Positions 59,244 through 64,000 of a DNA stretch of 64,000 nt are shown here, piece by piece. Origin of the DNA: Candidatus Saccharimonadota bacterium (GTDB taxonomy: Bacteria > Patescibacteriota > Saccharimonadia > Saccharimonadales > Saccharimonadaceae); assembly GCA_017652105.1 (NCBI GenBank), contig JAGCBP010000020.1, forward strand, positions 41,935 through 105,934. The letters run 5' to 3'. The notes below the pieces were generated by a model. The model was not told where the DNA came from and made no database searches. It saw only the letters and a list, made by a program, of their open reading frames with translations. The position numbers and the translations under genes are program-made. The stretch's first letter is position 1. Each line of letters begins with the position of its first letter.

Positions 59244-60820
59244 AATTTAGATGAACTGGTATTCCGAAAATGAGTGATGGTAAACCTGGAGTCAGCCCCC
59301 AATTTAACCGCCGGATTCATAATGTTATGTTTATCAAAGGTTTCCTTAATCTCCGTGTAGAGCGCTTTTTCGGATTCGCCCATCGTATCGTTGGTGATTA
59401 GCGCCTTGATTCTCCCCTCTGGGGTGCCACCGGTAATTGAACCACCTTCGTGCTCTATGATGTAATTTCCGGCGCGAAGAAATGCTACAGCATTTTTATT
59501 AAAATCTTTATCTCCAACTTTAAACCTTGGTCTCAAGCTATAGTTCGAAGCAAGATACGAACCAAAGAGTGCAAGATCGAGCTTCAAACTTTTTTCCAGT
59601 AGCTTCAAATCATCTATAAAATTGGAGAGCCTTCCTGCCGGTAAATAAAAGTCGGTAAGTAGTGGCACTCTCTCGCCGGTTCTAGCACTATTCAAAAATG
59701 AAATCAAAGAATTTTCGAATTCATCTAGTTTGGCCTTAGACTTCGGCGACTCTACAATTAGTTCGGAGGATTTTGGCAAAACTTTTTTAATACTCGAAAT
59801 TTTTCTAAGTGGAGCTTTGGTTCTAGCATCAAATTTAGCGAATACCACGTAACCAGCATTCATTTTTTTGGTGATTTCGCTCAGTCGCTTGCCCGAATCT
59901 TCAGCGATTTTGACGATATTAATATCGTAAACATTCAATTCTTTTGGCTTCAAAGAGTTGGCAAGATCTAGGAATTTTTGAGTGGTATCAAAATCCTCAA
60001 AAGTCGCCACTACTCGCTTTGCTTGGTTTTTGATTGGTACAACTCTCAAAATAACTTCCGAAATTACACCAAGCGTACCTTGTGCACCAAAGAACAACGG
60101 AGCTAAATCTACCGAATTACCGCGTTTAACTTGAGCAATAGTTGGATATCCGGCCGAACCAGTATTTTCTTTGTCAATCTCTTTAATGAGGTTGGCATTC
60201 GCCTTGATGATTGCCAAAATTTTACGGTAAAGAGTCGCTTCAAGAGTCTTTCCCTTAGCTTTCTTGGTTGCAGCATGCATGCTAATACGATTAGTTTGAA
60301 GGATATCGCCGTTAGGGAGTACGGCTTCAATTCTTTCTACGAAATTCATAATCCCGCCGTATTTACCAGCGTAATCATCGCTCGGGCAGTTAGAAATCAA
60401 TCCGCCAATAGTCTCGTTGTCACGCCCGCCGATTGGGACGTTTAGACCATTCACTGAAAGTGCCGTATTGAGCTCTTTCAAAGTGATGCCAGCTTGTACT
60501 CGCACCAGGCGCTCTCTTTTGTCGAATTCTAGAAGTCCATTTAATTTTTCGGTAGAAATAAGAAGCCCATTAGTAAGATCTGCACCCATTTCATCTAAGC
60601 CAGAACCCATCACCGTGACCGGAAGTTTAATGTCTTTGGCGGCTAATTGATAGCAAAAACGCATGATTTTGCGGATATCTTCAGTCGATTCTGGAAGTGC
60701 TACCAATTTTGGCTTAATTCTTAGTACTGAACAATCATCGGCATATGCCTCAAGCACGTCGGGTGCATCAAAGACATTTCCGATGGTTAATTGATTTAAA
60801 TATTTAGCAACCTTGCCCAT
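59234..60820 (-). CDS. FAD-binding oxidoreductase (GlcD/D-lactate dehydrogenase-like)
   Basis: FAD_binding_4-type N-terminal region (VTVMGSGLDEMG..., VRVQAGITLKELN). Start set at the ATG at 60820. Confidence 0.75.
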   Translation of the reverse strand: MGKVAKYLNQLTIGNVFDAPDVLEAYADDCSVLRIKPKLVALPESTEDIRKIMRFCYQLAAKDIKLPVTVMGSGLDEMGADLTNGLLISTEKLNGLLEFDKRERLVRVQAGITLKELNTALSVNGLNVPIGGRDNETIGGLISNCPSDDYAGKYGGIMNFVERIEAVLPNGDILQTNRISMHAATKKAKGKTLEATLYRKILAIIKANANLIKEIDKENTGSAGYPTIAQVKRGNSVDLAPLFFGAQGTLGVISEVILRVVPIKNQAKRVVATFEDFDTTQKFLDLANSLKPKELNVYDINIVKIAEDSGKRLSEITKKMNAGYVVFAKFDARTKAPLRKISSIKKVLPKSSELIVESPKSKAKLDEFENSLISFLNSARTGERVPLLTDFYLPAGRLSNFIDDLKLLEKSLKLDLALFGSYLASNYSLRPRFKVGDKDFNKNAVAFLRAGNYIIEHEGGSITGGTPEGRIKALITNDTMGESEKALYTEIKETFDKHNIMNPAVKLGADSRFTITHFRNTSSSKFVI

Positions 60821-60830
60821 CCTGCTTACG

Positions 60831-60841
60831 ATTATATCACA
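60831..60841 (-). promoter_or_regulatory. Extended -10 TGTGaTATAAT 10 nt upstream of the oxidoreductase ATG
   Basis: Reverse complement of 60831-60841. The 5' UTR would be very short or absent. Confidence 0.55.
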
Positions 60842-60885
60842 TGAATTTTGAAAATGCCACAACTTTTTTCAGTGATTTTGCCGAC

Positions 60886-60915
60886 TTGATAATTATGGCA
60901 AAATATGATATAATT
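60886..60915 (+). promoter_or_regulatory. Promoter TTGATA-18-TGaTATAAT for upp
   Basis: -35 at 60886-60891, -10 at 60910-60915. Confidence 0.6.
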
Positions 60916-60954
60916 ATAAGCAGTAACTGCACTTTAACACGAAAGGGGGATCAT

Positions 60955-61653
60955 ATGAGAGAGGACATTTTGCGTAAAGAAAATGAATTAATCGTGGATT
61001 ATCACGAGATAGAAAGGCTTGAACCTACTACCCATATCTATAATGGGCATTCTCTGATCGAGAGTAAGATTTCTATCATGCGGGATATCTCTACGCCAAG
61101 TTCGATTTTTCGTAAACTTGTGGAAGAGGTTACAAAGCTGATGGCATTTGATGCTTTTTCTCATCTTGGATTGGAGGACAAAGAAGTCACTACACCGATT
61201 TGCGAGACGGTTGGCAAAAAGATTTCCGGCAAAAAGCAGGTGCTGGTACCGATCTTGAGGGCAGGTCTGGCTATGGAACAGCCGATGAAAGATATTGTAC
61301 CTCAGGCCAGAACTGGGTTTTGCGGGGTCTATCGCGACGAAGTCACTCTGAAACCGCAAAAATATTTCTGGAAAATGCCCAAAGATATCGAGAATCGCGA
61401 AGTCTTTGTGCTCGATCCAATGCTCGCAACTGGCGGCTCGGCTGATTTTACGGTCAGTGAGCTTAAAAAGATTGGCTGTAAGAGTATTCATTTTATGGGT
61501 ATTATTGCGGCTCCAGACGGTATAGAACTGATGCAAAGGAAACATCCCGACGTCGAGCTCTTCATCGGTCATCTCGACAAAGGCCTTAACAAAAACGGCT
61601 ACATCGTTCCCGGACTCGGCGACGCTGGCGACCGAATCTTCGGCACAAAATGA
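60955..61653 (+). CDS. upp: Uracil phosphoribosyltransferase
   Basis: PILRAGL, VLDPMLATGGSA and YIVPGLGDAGDR motifs. Start set at the ATG at 60955 after SD GAAAGGGGGA. Confidence 0.9.
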   Translation: MREDILRKENELIVDYHEIERLEPTTHIYNGHSLIESKISIMRDISTPSSIFRKLVEEVTKLMAFDAFSHLGLEDKEVTTPICETVGKKISGKKQVLVPILRAGLAMEQPMKDIVPQARTGFCGVYRDEVTLKPQKYFWKMPKDIENREVFVLDPMLATGGSADFTVSELKKIGCKSIHFMGIIAAPDGIELMQRKHPDVELFIGHLDKGLNKNGYIVPGLGDAGDRIFGTK

Positions 61654-61671
61654 TCTTTACTCAGGTACTTT

Positions 61672-61700
61672 AAAAAGGCTACCAATAGGTAGCCTTTTTT
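61672..61700 (+). terminator. Rho-independent terminator after upp
   Basis: Stem GGCTACC/GGTAGCC with an AATA loop, an A-run upstream and TTTTTT downstream. Confidence 0.85.
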
Positions 61701-61713
61701 CATTCAAATAACG

Positions 61714-61798
61714 TGGTGCCCGAGACAGGACTTGAACCTGCACACCAAATGGCATATGCTCCTAAGGCATACGTGTATACCAATTTCACCACTCGGGC
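61714..61798 (-). tRNA. tRNA-Leu (anticodon TAG), type II, CCA encoded
   Basis: Acceptor GCCCGAG/CTCGGGC, discriminator A, CCA. Anticodon stem TATGC/GCATA with loop CTTAGGA. Long variable arm. T-loop TTCAAGT. Confidence 0.9.
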
Positions 61799-61806
61799 GC
61801 ATTACA

Positions 61807-61817
61807 ATTATAACACA
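61807..61817 (-). promoter_or_regulatory. Extended -10 TGTGtTATAAT for tRNA-Leu(TAG)
   Basis: The box ends 8 nt before the mature tRNA 5' end at 61798. Confidence 0.6.
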
Positions 61818-61847
61818 AAAAACCGGAAATATCTAATTTCCGGTTTT
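61818..61847 (-). terminator. Rho-independent terminator after the 125-aa gene
   Basis: Stem AACCGGAAAT/ATTTCCGGTT with a 4-nt loop, followed by a T-run on the minus strand. Confidence 0.85.
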
Positions 61848-61860
61848 TGGTTCAAACAAT

Positions 61861-62238
61861 TTAGAATAATTGTTTTTTGGACATCACGTAAGCCACAGAA
61901 GCAGTAGTGAGGCTACCCAGCGCCAAAGCGGTAGGAAGCAAATCCTCAGGACCAGTAGTAGGAACTTCAGCCGGTGCTTCAGAAGCTGGGGTGGTGGAAA
62001 CCACTACAGTTTCGGTGCTACCAGCATCAGATTTGTTTTCATCATCTTTCTTTTCATCTTTTTTGTCATCAATCGAGAAAGATGCATTATCCTTACCACC
62101 TTGGTTTTCGCCACCAGATTTCTTAGTAGCAACCACAATGATAGAAGCAACCAAAATCAACACTACAGCCACAATCACAGTTGCGATTGCGATTACTTTC
62201 TTACGATCCTTCTTTTCAATATCTCCCTGATAATACAT
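61861..62238 (-). CDS. Small surface protein with an N-terminal TM/signal anchor and a C-terminal VPTTG sorting signal
   Basis: 125 aa, SD AAGGAG. VPTTG (nt 61951-61965) is followed by a hydrophobic segment and an SKKQLF tail. The middle region is low-complexity and rich in Lys/Asp/Glu. Confidence 0.5.
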   Translation of the reverse strand: MYYQGDIEKKDRKKVIAIATVIVAVVLILVASIIVVATKKSGGENQGGKDNASFSIDDKKDEKKDDENKSDAGSTETVVVSTTPASEAPAEVPTTGPEDLLPTALALGSLTTASVAYVMSKKQLF

Positions 62239-62258
62239 AAAAAACTCCTTATAACCCC

Positions 62259-62269
62259 ATTATATCACA
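62259..62269 (-). promoter_or_regulatory. Extended -10 TGTGaTATAAT for the 125-aa gene
   Basis: Reverse complement of 62259-62269. Confidence 0.5.
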
Positions 62270-62315
62270 CTTTTGCTAAAAAAGCAAGTATTATCTACTA
62301 AAAATCAAAAAAGCG

Positions 62316-62888
62316 CTAGCTCTTACTGTAAATAGAGATATGAGCCTTTGCATAGGCCCGAGTTTTAATCAGTTCCATTCCCTGTAAAACCGGCGCATCA
62401 CCTGGGTGAGATAGCACCAAAATCCCACCTTTTTTCACCAAATTAGGTAGCCCCTTCGCCATTTCTTCTCTGTAGAGGTCATACGGCGGATCAGCAAACA
62501 CGATATCAAAATGTCTAGTTGCACCCTCAGATGGCTTAAGCGCTATCTCTACCGCATCTCCCTGTAACGCGGAGGCAGAAATCTCGAAAATACCCAGTTC
62601 CACCATATTTGCAGCTGCCGTGAGGACTGCGTGTCTATCTATGTCTATCGCAAAATCAGCAGCGGCACCCCTAGAAATCGCCTCAATCCCCAGCGTTCCG
62701 CCGCCACAGTACAAGTCTAGCACTGTTGCACCCGGAATATAGTTGGAAATCATGTTAAAGAGCGCAATTCTCTCTCGCTCGCCCATCGGATGTGTACCCT
62801 CCCCCGGCGTGCGGATTTTTCTACCTTTGTATTCTCCGCCGCTAATTCGGACATATCCACCAAATTTCGGCTCAGCACTCTTTACCAT
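62316..62888 (-). CDS. rsmD: 16S rRNA (guanine966-N2)-methyltransferase RsmD
   Basis: LDLYCGGGTLGIEAISRGA SAM-binding motif and FADPPY motif, 190 aa. Confidence 0.8.
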   Translation of the reverse strand: MVKSAEPKFGGYVRISGGEYKGRKIRTPGEGTHPMGERERIALFNMISNYIPGATVLDLYCGGGTLGIEAISRGAAADFAIDIDRHAVLTAAANMVELGIFEISASALQGDAVEIALKPSEGATRHFDIVFADPPYDLYREEMAKGLPNLVKKGGILVLSHPGDAPVLQGMELIKTRAYAKAHISIYSKS

Positions 62889-62895
62889 AAACCTC

Positions 62896-64000
62896 CTAAT
62901 TCAATGTAGTTAATTGTTGATATTTAGAAATTCCAGTCATTAATTCTTTATATTTTAACATACCATCCCCTAATTTCAAAAATTCCTCCGCATCTTTTCT
63001 GGCTTTTGCAATCAGTTTAGTATCAGTGAGCGAGGCAATTCTAAGATCCAGTGCCCCATGTTGCAAAGCTCCGTAAATCTCCCCTGGACCTCTTAGTTTC
63101 AAATCCACTTCCGCCAGATGAAAACCATCGGTAGATTTTTCCATCTCTTTGAGCCGCCTAGATGGAAAAGTATCCCCAGAGGTCAAAAGAAAACAATCAG
63201 ATTTGACCGAGCCTCGCCCCACGCGACCTCTCAACTGGTGTAGCTGCGCCAGACCATATCCTTCGGCATTCTCAATTATCATCAGAGAAGCATTCGGCAC
63301 ATCTACCCCCACCTCTACTACTGTCGTAGAGACCAAAATATCAATTTTTCCCTCCGAAAATCGGCCCATTACTTCATCTTTTTCGGCTGGCTTCATCTTG
63401 CCGTGCAAAAATTCAATTTTGAGTTTTGGAAACTGCTCGGCTAGCTTCCGAGCCCGTGATTTTACAGAGGTAATATCGGCCTTGCCCTCACCAGGCTCAG
63501 AATCCTCAATCGCCTTACAAATCCAATAAACTTGCTGACCCGCCTGTACAGTCCTAACGATCTCCGGATAAAGCTGAGTCGAAATCTCTATCTCTGGCAA
63601 AATCTTTGTCGTAATCGGCTGCCGGCCTTTTGGTAACTCATCTAGAATTGAGACATCTAGATCGCCAAAAATTGTCAGCTGTAAAGATCTCGGAATTGGG
63701 GTAGCGGTCATCGCGAGAAGGTGTGGCGCTAGCCCAGAAGGCGATTTCAAAACTAATTTCTGTCTCTGTTCCACCCCAAAACGGTGCTGTTCATCAATAA
63801 TCACCAGAGAAAGTTTAGAAAATTCCGTATCATCGGTAAGTAGCGCGTGCGTGCCAATCACCACATTCACCTCTCCAGAGGAAATCATTTTTTTGAGCTC
63901 GGGTTTTTTCTTGGTGGCACCGGTCAGAAGCGCAGTTTTTACCCCAAAACCACTAAGCAAAGGTCCGATTCCCTCGTAATGCTGTGAGGCCAAAATCGCC
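62896..64000 (-). CDS. recG: ATP-dependent DNA helicase RecG (C-terminal portion; 5' end outside the window)
   Basis: DEQHRFGV motif (DExH box), helicase motifs III-VI, frame open to the window edge. Confidence 0.9.
   Translation of the reverse strand, partial: AILASQHYEGIGPLLSGFGVKTALLTGATKKKPELKKMISSGEVNVVIGTHALLTDDTEFSKLSLVIIDEQHRFGVEQRQKLVLKSPSGLAPHLLAMTATPIPRSLQLTIFGDLDVSILDELPKGRQPITTKILPEIEISTQLYPEIVRTVQAGQQVYWICKAIEDSEPGEGKADITSVKSRARKLAEQFPKLKIEFLHGKMKPAEKDEVMGRFSEGKIDILVSTTVVEVGVDVPNASLMIIENAEGYGLAQLHQLRGRVGRGSVKSDCFLLTSGDTFPSRRLKEMEKSTDGFHLAEVDLKLRGPGEIYGALQHGALDLRIASLTDTKLIAKARKDAEEFLKLGDGMLKYKELMTGISKYQQLTTLN

Noticed and set aside
61713-61907. 64-aa plus-strand ORF
   Set aside because: It is the reverse complement of tRNA-Leu(TAG) plus the adjacent terminator. 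It is not a gene.
62239-62315. Weak hairpin (ACTTTTGCT...AGCAAGT) after rsmD as a terminator
   Set aside because: The stem is imperfect and AT-rich, so a terminator call is not justified.
1-64000. Alternative genetic code (TGA recoding, as in some CPR lineages)
   Set aside because: Many genes end at TGA with family-typical lengths. ATGA stop/start overlaps are common (galU, the Mur-ligase/hydrolase junction, phosphoketolase). TGA therefore functions as a stop.
1-64000. CRISPR arrays, transposases, integrases or prophage blocks
   Set aside because: No direct-repeat/spacer periodicity, no recombinase-like ORFs and no long repeats were noticed. The two surface cassettes have no flanking repeats that I could see. 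Cassette B lies next to a tRNA gene but has no integrase.

Overview
Very gene-dense, strongly minus-strand-biased 64-kb chromosomal segment from a small-genome, Gram-positive-type bacterium. The reduced conserved clusters, sortase-type sorting signals, FemAB genes, salvage enzymes and lack of biosynthetic genes suggest a Patescibacteria/CPR lineage such as Saccharibacteria; this is inference and cannot be verified here. I call about 63 protein genes and 2 tRNA-Leu genes. I see no rRNA, CRISPR array, transposase or integrase. Standard code is used (TGA is a stop). Housekeeping content: dnaE, smpB, xth, fusA, tuf, rpsJ, gatCAB, murJ, a class A PBP, uvrB, uvrC, lysS, greA, proS, rseP, uppS, frr, tsf, rpsB, rpmE2, secG, eno, gap, rpiB, rpe, rpsL, rpsG, tig, upp, rsmD and recG (partial). 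The points most worth a second look: (1) two paralogous surface-protein cassettes, one lying between fusA and tuf, the other encoding a CnaB-like-repeat adhesin with a VPDTG sorting signal; (2) a recurring promoter layout in which a TGTGnTATAAT box ends 6-7 nt before the ATG of at least 11 genes, implying leaderless mRNAs, including a 33-bp divergent murJ/PBP1A region; (3) a membrane-anchored protein with an Rx4H HEPN-like motif translationally coupled inside gatCAB; (4) a tightly coupled FemAB-FemAB-DegT-hydrolase-MurF-like operon; (5) a phosphoketolase split into two ATGA-coupled ORFs; (6) a fragmented str/S10 ribosomal-protein arrangement. All functional calls rest on motif recognition by eye. 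No database search was possible.
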